In this document: one piece after another, positions 34,342-43,373 of the stretch
How the letters are laid out: every line of letters begins with the position of its first letter
How positions within the stretch are numbered: position 1 is the stretch's first letter
From: a virus
Direction: 5' to 3' (one strand)
Virus record (IMG/VR): IMGVR_UViG_3300046171_000225
Span: 1 to 64,000 of that record
DNA: 64,000 bases
Notes under the pieces: model-generated
What the model was told of the DNA's origin: nothing
Database searches by the model: none
The model's input: the letters and a program-made list of their open reading frames with translations, nothing else
Position numbers and translations under genes: made by a program

Positions 34342-34386
34342 CTCAAGCGGGTAGCGCCCGCATTTAACAAGTAAAGGTTTTTCATT

Positions 34387-35016
34387 ATGTCTAAACAACT
34401 ACTAACAGAATATTTTGCTCTTTGCGACGGTGGAGTTTGTCCCGACTATCTGACTGAGGGTGAAAAAAGAAGAATGTCCGAAGGAGTATCCTTCTATATG
34501 ACCGGCAAGATCCAGGAAGCTGACGCTCTTAATGGTAATGGAAGAGTTTACCCAAAACATGTTCTTGCTAGAGAAATGGAAAACTACCAAAAGCTCATAG
34601 ACACACGTCGTGCCTTGGGCGAACTTGACCATCCAGATTCCTCTGTAGTCGAATTGAAGAATTGTTCTCATTTGATTACAGAGGTCTGGTGGGAAGGTAA
34701 CAACGTGATGGGCAAGATTGAAGTGCTCAACACACCATCCGGTAGAACACTTAGAGCTCTTGCAGAGTCTGCGTGTGGTATCGGTATTTCCTCTAGAGGG
34801 TTAGGGTCAGTGAAGCAACGTGGCAAACACGTTGTCGTAGAAGACGATTTTAACCTAATTTGCTTTGACGTAGTATCTGACCCTTCTGCTCCGGGTGCCT
34901 TTATCAAACCAATGGACGGGATTTCACTACAGAGCAAGCCAGCTATAGGTATTAGCTTGGGAGAAAACAAAACTCGAAACCTGCACTCTTTGATGAATGA
35001 GATTCTAAGGAAGTAA
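34387..35016 (+). CDS. Prohead core protein protease (T4 gp21-like)
   Basis: NGNGRVYP, ALGELDHP, GISSRGLGSV, CFDVVSDPSAPGAF. Confidence 0.95.
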   Translation: MSKQLLTEYFALCDGGVCPDYLTEGEKRRMSEGVSFYMTGKIQEADALNGNGRVYPKHVLAREMENYQKLIDTRRALGELDHPDSSVVELKNCSHLITEVWWEGNNVMGKIEVLNTPSGRTLRALAESACGIGISSRGLGSVKQRGKHVVVEDDFNLICFDVVSDPSAPGAFIKPMDGISLQSKPAIGISLGENKTRNLHSLMNEILRK

Positions 35017-35017
35017 G

Positions 35018-35437
35018 ATGAAGAAGTCAGAATTAAAAAAGATACTTAAGCCTCTAGTAAAAGAGTGTATTAAAGAAAGCATTCTAGAAGAAGGAATTTT
35101 ATCTGGGATCATTTCTGAGGTGACTAAGGGACTTAGTTCAAAGATTGTTGTAGAGCAGAAGGCTGCACAGACGCCTGCTCCTGTAGAGGCACAAGTCCAA
35201 GCACCTTCGGTCAATGAGAGGATTGCAGAACACAGAAAGAAGCTGATGTCTGCAATTGGAGGAGATGCATATAATGGCATCGACCTTTTCGAGGGAACAA
35301 TTCCTGCACCAGCAGCAAGATCACCTGAAGCACAAGCCGGTAGCCCTCTGGGTGGTATGGACCCTAATGACTCTGGAATTGACATCGCAGGTATCATGGC
35401 TGTAGGCGGCAATAAATGGAAGGATCTAATTAAATGA
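35018..35437 (+). CDS. Hypothetical head-module protein
   Basis: MKKSELKKILKPLVKECIKESILEEG N-terminus; ends NKWKDLIK. Confidence 0.6.
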   Translation: MKKSELKKILKPLVKECIKESILEEGILSGIISEVTKGLSSKIVVEQKAAQTPAPVEAQVQAPSVNERIAEHRKKLMSAIGGDAYNGIDLFEGTIPAPAARSPEAQAGSPLGGMDPNDSGIDIAGIMAVGGNKWKDLIK

Positions 35438-35688
35438 CAAGAACCTTCAGAGCAACGTTTACTTGGACTGACAGTCATGTAGATATCATTAGATATATCT
35501 ACGCTCCTGAGCACACTAAGGAGATTTCTGCCGATGATTTCAAGGTTCTGAACGCTGCTCTGGTTGGAACAAAGATTAGCACTTGGTCACAAGCAGAGAA
35601 AGACAGATTTGAAGAGCCACTAACAGACAGTGCTTATATAGCTTCCCACGGTGGCGACGCAACCTTTACCTCATTTGTGGAAGAATAA
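35434..35688 (+). CDS. Hypothetical protein
   Basis: 84-aa ORF translationally coupled at both ends. Confidence 0.5.
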   Translation: MTRTFRATFTWTDSHVDIIRYIYAPEHTKEISADDFKVLNAALVGTKISTWSQAEKDRFEEPLTDSAYIASHGGDATFTSFVEE

Positions 35689-36419
35689 TGCCGAACATTA
35701 ATGCCGCTGCTACAGATACAACTTTGATCGCGACTGAGCATTCCACTTGGTCTGCTGCTCGTGGTGCCTCGTCGGCAAATACGGCAGTCCCAGATGCTGC
35801 CCCCTTCTTTGGCTCTGACCGAGCAAACATTGCTGTCCGTGTTGGATTCGACGGGTCGGAGTACACTATTAACCGAACGATGATGGCTTTTGATGTAAGC
35901 GGCATCAGTCAAGTTCCAGCATCTGCGACCCTAAAGATTTACGGCTTCCAGTTAGCAAGTTCAGATGTTGTTATTATAAAAGTTGATGATAGTGCGACAG
36001 GAAATACTTCTTCAAACTTTGTTGTAGGAGATTATAGTAAAGTTACAACAACTAAGTATTCAGCAGAAAACCTTAGTTGGCAAGTAGGCCAGTATAACGA
36101 GATTCCCCTAAACCTTGCTTGTCGCGCCGCGATACAAACTCAAAGTACGTTGAAGATAGCCATTGTGAACTCTACATACGATTTTAGCAACTCAGACCCC
36201 GGCACAACCATAAATCACAGGGCCGGTATGTATTTTGCTGGCTTTTCGGACGCCAACTTTCGACCTTTTATTTCTTATACCACTGGTGTATCTAAACTAC
36301 AGAAGAGAAACAGAAGAAGAAAAAGAAGAACAAAGGGCGCAAGATCAAGAGGCTTTTCTGCCAAAAGCATTGTATCGACCACAGGCGGAAAAACAGTTGC
36401 TAATGGTTTTGAGGATTAA
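35688..36419 (+). CDS. Hypothetical beta-rich protein with Arg/Lys-rich C-terminal tail
   Basis: FDVSGI....SATLKIY beta-sandwich-like motif; tail KRNRRRKRRTKGARSR. Confidence 0.55.
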   Translation: MPNINAAATDTTLIATEHSTWSAARGASSANTAVPDAAPFFGSDRANIAVRVGFDGSEYTINRTMMAFDVSGISQVPASATLKIYGFQLASSDVVIIKVDDSATGNTSSNFVVGDYSKVTTTKYSAENLSWQVGQYNEIPLNLACRAAIQTQSTLKIAIVNSTYDFSNSDPGTTINHRAGMYFAGFSDANFRPFISYTTGVSKLQKRNRRRKRRTKGARSRGFSAKSIVSTTGGKTVANGFED

Positions 36420-36462
36420 AGTAAATTTGGAACTATTTAAAGTAGTTAATTGGAGATGTTAA

Positions 36463-36912
36463 ATGGCCAGTAATACAGACAGCAAAACAGGACAGCCTAT
36501 ATTTGGCTACCATGAGCCAGGATTTAATCATGTCGGCAGTTACCAAGTAAGTTGCAGACCTTTTGCAACCGCGTCTGTGGAAGTGCCAGCCTCAGCTTCA
36601 GCCGGAGGCCTAGCTTTTGATTTTCCGGGAGCTACAAAGTTTATTGTGGTTAGAAACGAAGAGCATGACACAATCGCTGATTCAAAAGTTCGTTTAGCTT
36701 TCGCATCAGGCGGTATGAATAATTACAACTACATTTTGATCAACCCAAGTTCATCCTTCAGTGCAGACTATAGGATCTCAAAGCTTTATGTAATGAGTGA
36801 TACGTCTACACAACCAAAAGTTTCAGTGATTGCTGGTATCACTAACATTAAAGCAGCAAGAGTTCCTTCAGGTTCTTGGGAGAACACTGTCGGCGTAGAT
36901 AAGACAAGCTAG
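36463..36912 (+). CDS. Hypothetical virion protein
   Basis: ACTATTTA at 36432 and GGAG SD; motif PGFNHVGSYQVS. Confidence 0.55.
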   Translation: MASNTDSKTGQPIFGYHEPGFNHVGSYQVSCRPFATASVEVPASASAGGLAFDFPGATKFIVVRNEEHDTIADSKVRLAFASGGMNNYNYILINPSSSFSADYRISKLYVMSDTSTQPKVSVIAGITNIKAARVPSGSWENTVGVDKTS

Positions 36913-36920
36913 AGGAATTA

Positions 36921-37190
36921 ATGGCATACCGAAATAATAGATCTCGGGAAAGAAATAGTAACAGACATCAAATTTCTTCCAAGAGACCAAGCAACGTCAC
37001 AACTCTTCCAAAAGAGGGAGAGCATGTGGACCGAACAATAAAAAGATTTTTACGAAAAGTTAAAAAGTCGGGTATCGGGGACATTTTGAAGAAAAGAAGA
37101 TTCTTTGAAAAGCCTTCTGTAAAGAGACGAAAGAAGAGGAAACAAAGAGATGCGACTATGAGAAAGTTGCGTGCAAAGACTCAATCTTAA
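36921..37190 (+). CDS. rpsU: Phage-encoded ribosomal protein bS21 with basic N-terminal extension
   Basis: EGEHVDRTIKRFLRKVKKSGI..LKKRRFFEKPSVKRRKK matches the bS21 signature; located between protease and scaffold/MCP. Confidence 0.88.
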   Translation: MAYRNNRSRERNSNRHQISSKRPSNVTTLPKEGEHVDRTIKRFLRKVKKSGIGDILKKRRFFEKPSVKRRKKRKQRDATMRKLRAKTQS

Positions 37191-37265
37191 TACAGTAATG
37201 TAAAATAGGAATTTACTCTTTTATTGTACTATTTACTGATGAACGACTATTGTGAGGATTTTTTT

Positions 37266-38528
37266 ATGTCATCTTTACTTGATGAGGCTATCGTAGACGC
37301 TAAAGCTCTTAGAGAAGCAGTTCTTAAGAGTGCTGAAGCTTCTCTACTAGAGGCTTATGCGCCTAAAATACAAGAAGCAGTTGAGCAAATGCTAGAGCAG
37401 GACGAGATGGATCCTCTCGCTGCTATGGGAGAGCCAGCACCAGAGGGCGCTGAGGAAGAGACAGGTGATGTCTTCTCTGACCAAAAGGAAGAAGATCTCC
37501 CCGAGGAACTAGTTCAGGCAGCTATGATGGACGATGAGGATCAGGAAATTGATTTCGATCTTAGTGCTGGTGAGCTTCGCTCTATGATGGAGTCGGTACT
37601 TAAAGAGGTTGAGTCTGAGGACGAGACCTCTGAGGTCATCGAAGAGGGTATTGAGATTGATGAAGAAATTATTGCTCTTTTTGAGTCTGAGGAAGTAACC
37701 GAGACTACCGAAGAAGTCATCGAGGAAGCGAAAGAAGACGCTGACCCAGATGAGCTCTCCGACGAGGATGTCCTTGACACCACAGAGCCAAAGCATGATG
37801 ACGAAGGCAGCGCAATGCAGAAGCTGCTTAACAGATTGATGATGAGAGCTAAGGTTGATGGCATGGAGCCAGAGGTTGCCGCACAAGAGCTTGGATTGGA
37901 AGATGATCCTGAAGTTCTTGATCTTATCCGTGATATTCAAGATGATCAATTGCTAGACAATCCTAACATGGGCGATCTAGATGGCCTTCTTGAGAGGCTT
38001 GTCGTAGACATTATGCCACAGAAAAGCGGTTGGGCAGGCACACCAGAGTCTGTCATGAAGCACAATGAGAAGCTTGCAGCTGCAATGGCACAGTCTGACG
38101 AGTACAAAGAAGAAAGAGATGAACTTTTAAAAGTTGGTAGAGAGCTAGCTGAGTCCAACGAGAAGTTCCAGAATGCTAATACTAAGCTAATGGAAACCGT
38201 TGAGACTCTTGAGCAGAAGCTCAATGAGACTAACCTCTCCAACGCTAAACTACTTTATACGAACCGTATTTTGAGAAAGTCCTCCCTGAATGAGCGACAA
38301 AAGGAGACGATTGTCGAAGCTCTCTCTAATGCAGGTTCGGTAAACGAGGCGAAGGTAATTTTTGAGACCCTTCAAAGCACGGTGGGTTCGACTCGCAAGA
38401 GCGCACCACAATCACTAAGCGAAGCAGTATCTAGACCTTCATCTACTATACCGAGAAGAACAGTCCAAAGTGATTTCAATCCGTTTTCGGAAAGAATGAG
38501 ACTCTTGGCAGGTATCAATAAAAAATAA
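37266..38528 (+). CDS. Prohead scaffolding/core protein
   Basis: Highly acidic plus coiled coil, NLSNAKLLYTN, C-terminal ERMRLLAGI; directly before MCP; likely start ATG 37266. Confidence 0.8.
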   Translation: MSSLLDEAIVDAKALREAVLKSAEASLLEAYAPKIQEAVEQMLEQDEMDPLAAMGEPAPEGAEEETGDVFSDQKEEDLPEELVQAAMMDDEDQEIDFDLSAGELRSMMESVLKEVESEDETSEVIEEGIEIDEEIIALFESEEVTETTEEVIEEAKEDADPDELSDEDVLDTTEPKHDDEGSAMQKLLNRLMMRAKVDGMEPEVAAQELGLEDDPEVLDLIRDIQDDQLLDNPNMGDLDGLLERLVVDIMPQKSGWAGTPESVMKHNEKLAAAMAQSDEYKEERDELLKVGRELAESNEKFQNANTKLMETVETLEQKLNETNLSNAKLLYTNRILRKSSLNERQKETIVEALSNAGSVNEAKVIFETLQSTVGSTRKSAPQSLSEAVSRPSSTIPRRTVQSDFNPFSERMRLLAGINKK

Positions 38529-38547
38529 CTATTAGGAGGATTTTAAC

Positions 38548-40377
38548 ATGTCTATTTTGAATAAATTGACTGAAGGCATTGTTAGCCGCGACCTCGCAAA
38601 AGAGGGAGCTGCACTTCAGTCCAAGTGGGAGAAGACTGGCCTACTAGAGGGCCTCACAGATGATCGTGAGCGCGCTTCTATGTCACGTCTTCTCGAGAAC
38701 CAAGCAAAGGAGCTTCTACGTGAGGTCTCCACCATGGCAGCTGGCGACGTCGAGGGTTTCGCTGCTGTTGCTTTCCCAATCGTTCGTCGCGTTTTCGGTG
38801 GCCTTCTCGCCAACGATCTCGTTAGCGTTCAGCCAATGAGCCTTCCATCAGGTCTCATTTTCTTCCTCGACTTTACATACAACACTGCACGCGGTGGCCT
38901 TGCTGCTGATGGCTCGTTGTATGGTGGTGGCGTTGTTGCTAGTCAGTTGACTGGTGGTGTGACGGACGTCACAGAAGCAGGTGGTGGTTTCTACAACCTT
39001 GCTAACGCTTATTCGCAAGGTACCGGATCACTCTCTATCGATGCTGATACATCAGCGGCTGGCTTCGCCAACATCACGGCTGATGATTACAGTACTGTTG
39101 CAACCGCGATTAGTGCATTCAACGGCTCAGAAGTTCAGATTGATGCTCTTTCGGAAGCTCAAAAGACTGCTCTTCGTTACGATCCTGATCTGCTTGCAGG
39201 CGGCCCGAATAAATTGACGACTGATGATGTTGTTGAGTTAATCGTTCGCGTGTCTAAGGCTGAAGCTGATAAGATGGATTTCAGAAACATGGGCGCATTT
39301 GACCTTGGTACGCTCCCTAACAGTGCTACCTTGTTACGCCGTCTCACGCACCTTGGAACCAAGGGAACTGATGGTGTCACTTTGTCGAATGCCAATCCTG
39401 AGTCTGCTCACGTTGCTATCACATTCTACATGGTAGGAACGGGTATCACGGCTGCTGGTCAGGATGCTACAACCCCCTTGACCTTGAGCTTCCCATTCAA
39501 GGATAGCTTTGCTACTGCTGACGCGATTGGCGGTGTAAAGGGTTCCCAGTTCCCACTTGAGCTTGCAACTGATACAGCTGCTGAGGCTGGAGCGCTAATT
39601 GATGTCATCCCTGAGATTGACATTAAGGTAGACAGCATCGCTGTCACAGCGGTTACCAAAAAGCTCAAGGCTAAGTGGTCACCTGAGCTTGGGCAGGATC
39701 TAAATGCGTACCACAACCTTGATGCTGAGGTTGAGCTTACGTCGATCCTTTCTGAGCAGATTGCTCTTGAGATTGACCGCGAGATCGTAGCTGATCTTAT
39801 TCAGGGTGCTACTGCTGGTACATTCTACTGGTCACGCTCCCCAGGTCTCTTCGTGAACCGCGTTACCGGTGCTGAGCTTGGCGCAACTTCGGCTGCTCCA
39901 GACTTCACTGGTACGGTTAGCGAGTGGTACGAGACTCTGATCGAGACCATCAACGATGTGTCGGCTCAGATCCACAGAAAGACACTACGTGGCGGTGCAA
40001 ACTTCCTCGTTACGTCTCCTGAGGTTGCCAACATCCTTGAGTTCACTGCCGGTTTCCGTGCTAATGTGACTCACGACTCTGATCGTGGCACTGTTGGTGC
40101 TGTTAACGTTGGTTCACTCTCCAAGAAGTTCGACGTGTACGTCGATCCATACTTCCCACGGAACGTTGTTCTTGTTGGCCGTAAGGGTGGTAGCTTCCTT
40201 GAGAGCGGCTACGTCTACGCTCCATACGTCCCACTACAGGTCACACCTACAATCTTCGGTGTCGAGGACTTCGTACCTCGCAAGGGCGTGATGACACGCT
40301 ACGCTAAGAAGATGGTACGTCCTGATATGTACGGACTTGTTGTATGTCGCGGCCTCCTCGGTGAGGAAGGTAGCTGA
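38548..40377 (+). CDS. Major capsid protein (T4 gp23-like)
   Basis: KWEKTGLLEGL, VSVQPMSLPSGLIFFLDF, KLKAKWSPELGQDL, YAPYVPL, GVMTRYA; AGGAGG SD. Confidence 0.96.
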   Translation: MSILNKLTEGIVSRDLAKEGAALQSKWEKTGLLEGLTDDRERASMSRLLENQAKELLREVSTMAAGDVEGFAAVAFPIVRRVFGGLLANDLVSVQPMSLPSGLIFFLDFTYNTARGGLAADGSLYGGGVVASQLTGGVTDVTEAGGGFYNLANAYSQGTGSLSIDADTSAAGFANITADDYSTVATAISAFNGSEVQIDALSEAQKTALRYDPDLLAGGPNKLTTDDVVELIVRVSKAEADKMDFRNMGAFDLGTLPNSATLLRRLTHLGTKGTDGVTLSNANPESAHVAITFYMVGTGITAAGQDATTPLTLSFPFKDSFATADAIGGVKGSQFPLELATDTAAEAGALIDVIPEIDIKVDSIAVTAVTKKLKAKWSPELGQDLNAYHNLDAEVELTSILSEQIALEIDREIVADLIQGATAGTFYWSRSPGLFVNRVTGAELGATSAAPDFTGTVSEWYETLIETINDVSAQIHRKTLRGGANFLVTSPEVANILEFTAGFRANVTHDSDRGTVGAVNVGSLSKKFDVYVDPYFPRNVVLVGRKGGSFLESGYVYAPYVPLQVTPTIFGVEDFVPRKGVMTRYAKKMVRPDMYGLVVCRGLLGEEGS

Positions 40378-40402
40378 TCTAAAAACTAGTCTATAAAGAC
40401 TG

Positions 40403-40434
40403 GCCCTGCCCCTAAAAAGGCAGGGCTTTTTTTT
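40403..40434 (+). terminator. Intrinsic terminator after MCP
   Basis: GCCCTGCC/GGCAGGGC stem followed by T8. Confidence 0.9.
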
Positions 40435-40515
40435 CTTTTAGAATATGAAGACACTATTTATAAGTGTGAACAGGGTATAAACCCGGTTAGAGTATATAAC
40501 AGGAGATTATTAAAT

Positions 40516-41022
40516 ATGTCTAAAGTAGCAAGAGCGGCCAGAGAGGGCGCAAGAAAAAACATTCTAGAGTTGACCGCCGATAAGACGCTTGCGTTTACCG
40601 ACACTGGTAAGACAATTCTTCTTAATTCTACCTCGGCCTTGGCTGTTACCCTTCCTGATGTAGCCACTGCCCCAGTGGGTACGTTCTATCGCTTTGTAGT
40701 TATAACTGCCAACAACAACGCTTACACGATTACCACTGCTGACACGACTGACAGTACTGGCGACATGTTTATTGGTGGCGTGACATACGGCGACAACGCT
40801 GCTGCTGGCGATGGCGACGGTACCGATAATATTTCTTTGATCGTACCAGGTGCGGACGACAACAAAATCACCTTAGACGCCAACTTAACCGATGGAGGCG
40901 GCCAGCCTGGAACACGCATAGAGTGCTTAAGAGTCTCCGCAACTCAATGGCTAGTGAGTGGTGTCGTGATCACCTCCGACGCTGACGGAACTGGCGCTGC
41001 AATATTCTCCGATGTTGACTAA
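40516..41022 (+). CDS. Putative capsid decoration/fibre-like protein
   Basis: Monocistronic (ACTATTTA at 40453, own terminator); TLAFTDTGKTILL..VTLP..G.FYRF motif. Confidence 0.55.
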   Translation: MSKVARAAREGARKNILELTADKTLAFTDTGKTILLNSTSALAVTLPDVATAPVGTFYRFVVITANNNAYTITTADTTDSTGDMFIGGVTYGDNAAAGDGDGTDNISLIVPGADDNKITLDANLTDGGGQPGTRIECLRVSATQWLVSGVVITSDADGTGAAIFSDVD

Positions 41023-41045
41023 AGCTCGTTAGTCACCATCTTAAC

Positions 41046-41076
41046 AAACCCCCAACCATCCGGTTGGGGGTTTTTT
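41046..41076 (+). terminator. Intrinsic terminator
   Basis: AAACCCCCAACC-ATCC-GGTTGGGGGTTT followed by a T tract. Confidence 0.9.
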
Positions 41077-41114
41077 ATTTATAGAACTAATTATTATGTC
41101 CAAAAGGAGTTATT

Positions 41115-41486
41115 ATGGGCAAGAGAAAAAAGCGCCTAACCATGGCGAGATATGCTAAAAAGTATGCTAAGGTAAGAAGCTTAATTGCTGCTAAGCTGGA
41201 AAAGACTAAAGAAGATGCAATGGCAGATGGCATTGTAACCGAGCAAGAGGCAGCTGAAATAAATAAATTAGAGGTTGAAGTAGAGCGACTGCGTGTCTTG
41301 GAAGAAGCCCCAGAGGCAGAACAAGAAGCAGCAATGGAAGAAAAGGAAGTTGTTCTTGAGTCTGATGAAAAAGAACCTATTCCTCCTAAGCCAGAGCCAG
41401 CGGTTAAGCGAAAGCCACGAGCAAAGAAAGCCCCAACAGCTAAGCGTAAGCCTAGAAAAACAAGAGCCCCCAAGAAGACTGAGTAG
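41115..41486 (+). CDS. Small protein with basic termini and histone-H1-like K/A/P/R tail
   Basis: KRKPRAKKAPTAKRKPRKTRAPKK; ACTAATTA at 41086. Confidence 0.6.
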   Translation: MGKRKKRLTMARYAKKYAKVRSLIAAKLEKTKEDAMADGIVTEQEAAEINKLEVEVERLRVLEEAPEAEQEAAMEEKEVVLESDEKEPIPPKPEPAVKRKPRAKKAPTAKRKPRKTRAPKKTE

Positions 41487-41557
41487 GCAGAATAATAGTA
41501 GCCATAGGGGGTTTTAACATAATCAAACTAATTACTATGTATTAGGAGAAACCCCCA

Positions 41558-42880
41558 ATGGCTCTTCCAACCTTCACCCCTAAAAGCAACTCAAGCAAGG
41601 TAATACTTCCTTCCACAGGAAGTACGATTGTTACGGCAGATGGTGCCGGTAATGCTTCTAATTATCCTCTTGGCATTTATACTACCGGAGGTGATCTCTT
41701 TGACGAAAACTTTGTTTCTGGAGCTGCGGACCAAGTTGCTTTCGTATTTAAAAAGCTTGGTGGTGATGTTCTTGATATTGAAATAACACCAGCGAATGTT
41801 TACTCTGCCTACGAAGAAGCAGTTTTAGAATATTCTTATCAGATCAATTTACATCAGTCAAAGAACGCGCTTCCTAATGTACTAGGCCAAGCAACAGCTT
41901 CGTTTGACCATGACGGACAGATGACTGGTGGAGATGCCAGCGCAAGCTATGGTTCTAAAGTTAATCTTAAATACCCAAGGTTCCGTTTTGACTATGCTAG
42001 AAAAGTTGGAGATGGTGTTTCGGAGTACGCTGGATTTGGAGGTAGTCTTACCGAGTATTCTGCTTCGTTCAATACTACAGCCAGTCTTTCAACTTATGAT
42101 TTACAAACGATTATATCGGGGGCGTCAGCTACTGGTCTTGATCAAGGGACGGGCGACCCTGTAGATTTCAGTGGTCTAGTGGGAAATAATAAAGTTCGTA
42201 TTACTAGAGTTTATTACAAGACACCTTTGGCCATGTGGAGATTTTTTGGCTACTACGGCGGTATTAATGTTATTGGAAACATGATGACTTATGGTCAATT
42301 TGCCGATGACTCTACGTTTGAGATCATCCCAGCTTGGCAAAACAAGATGCAGGCTATGGCATACGAAGATCATATTTACACTAGAGTGTCGCATTACTCA
42401 TATGAGGTCATCAACAATAAGCTTACCCTTTATCCTCCACCTAGCAACACTAGTCCGGATAGATTCTTTGTCAAGTTCACTGTTGAGAGAAATGCGTGGG
42501 AAGAGGATGGCGATATTGATTCTGGCATTGCTGGCATTAATAATATCAACTCTTTGCCTTTTGATAATATTGCTTATTCGAGCATCAACGCCATTGGCAA
42601 ACATTGGATCAGAAGATATGCTTTAGCTCTGTGCAAAGAAATGCTAGGACAGATCAGAGGTAAGTTTGGAGGAGCAGTCCCTATTCCTGGTGACAATGTT
42701 ACTCTTAATGCTGGTGCTCTTCTATCGCAAGCAGCCGCAGAGAAAACTTCTTTGATTGATGAAATTAAGAAGATTCTAGATGAAACAACTTATCTGCAGT
42801 TGGCGAAGAACGACGCAGAGATCATGGAAGCAGCCAGTAACGTCAATAAGAAAGTTCCTTCACCCATATTTGTAGGATAA
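41558..42880 (+). CDS. Neck/head-tail adaptor protein (gp13-like)
   Basis: LGGDVLDIEI, WIRRYALALCKEMLGQIRGKF..IPGDNVTLNA. Confidence 0.85.
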   Translation: MALPTFTPKSNSSKVILPSTGSTIVTADGAGNASNYPLGIYTTGGDLFDENFVSGAADQVAFVFKKLGGDVLDIEITPANVYSAYEEAVLEYSYQINLHQSKNALPNVLGQATASFDHDGQMTGGDASASYGSKVNLKYPRFRFDYARKVGDGVSEYAGFGGSLTEYSASFNTTASLSTYDLQTIISGASATGLDQGTGDPVDFSGLVGNNKVRITRVYYKTPLAMWRFFGYYGGINVIGNMMTYGQFADDSTFEIIPAWQNKMQAMAYEDHIYTRVSHYSYEVINNKLTLYPPPSNTSPDRFFVKFTVERNAWEEDGDIDSGIAGINNINSLPFDNIAYSSINAIGKHWIRRYALALCKEMLGQIRGKFGGAVPIPGDNVTLNAGALLSQAAAEKTSLIDEIKKILDETTYLQLAKNDAEIMEAASNVNKKVPSPIFVG

Positions 42881-42884
42881 CTAA

Positions 42885-43373
42885 ATGGCTAAAAAGTGGA
42901 CACAACCTGATGCCCCTCCTCCTCCTCTCTTCACAGGAGCCAAGGAGCGTGACCTTGTCAAACAAATAAATGACGAAATCATTGAGAGAGTTGTAGGACA
43001 AACAATTGGGTACTATCCGATTGATTTAGAGGCAACTAAGTTTCATGATTTATATGGTGAAGCAATACAAAAAACTTTCTTACCACCTGTAGCAGTCAAA
43101 GCTTTGGTTGAGTTTGGCGGGCTAACAACAGAATATTCTAAGAACATTGGTTTGGACAAGACACAGAGCATTACTGTTCACTTCCATAAAAGAAGACTGA
43201 CAGAAGATCAAAATCTTTTTGTTCGAGAAGGAGACTTTGTTTTGTACGGTGATTCTTTTTATGAGATCGTTACGCTGTCTGAGCCGAAGCTGCTCTACGG
43301 ACAGATCGATCATAAGTTAGAAATTTCAGCTAAATGCATAAGAGCAAGAGAGGGACTATTCGATGGCACCTGA
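42885..43373 (+). CDS. Neck/head-closure protein (gp14-like)
   Basis: DLYGEA..KTF, EGDFVLYGD.FYEI; synteny. Confidence 0.75.
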   Translation: MAKKWTQPDAPPPPLFTGAKERDLVKQINDEIIERVVGQTIGYYPIDLEATKFHDLYGEAIQKTFLPPVAVKALVEFGGLTTEYSKNIGLDKTQSITVHFHKRRLTEDQNLFVREGDFVLYGDSFYEIVTLSEPKLLYGQIDHKLEISAKCIRAREGLFDGT

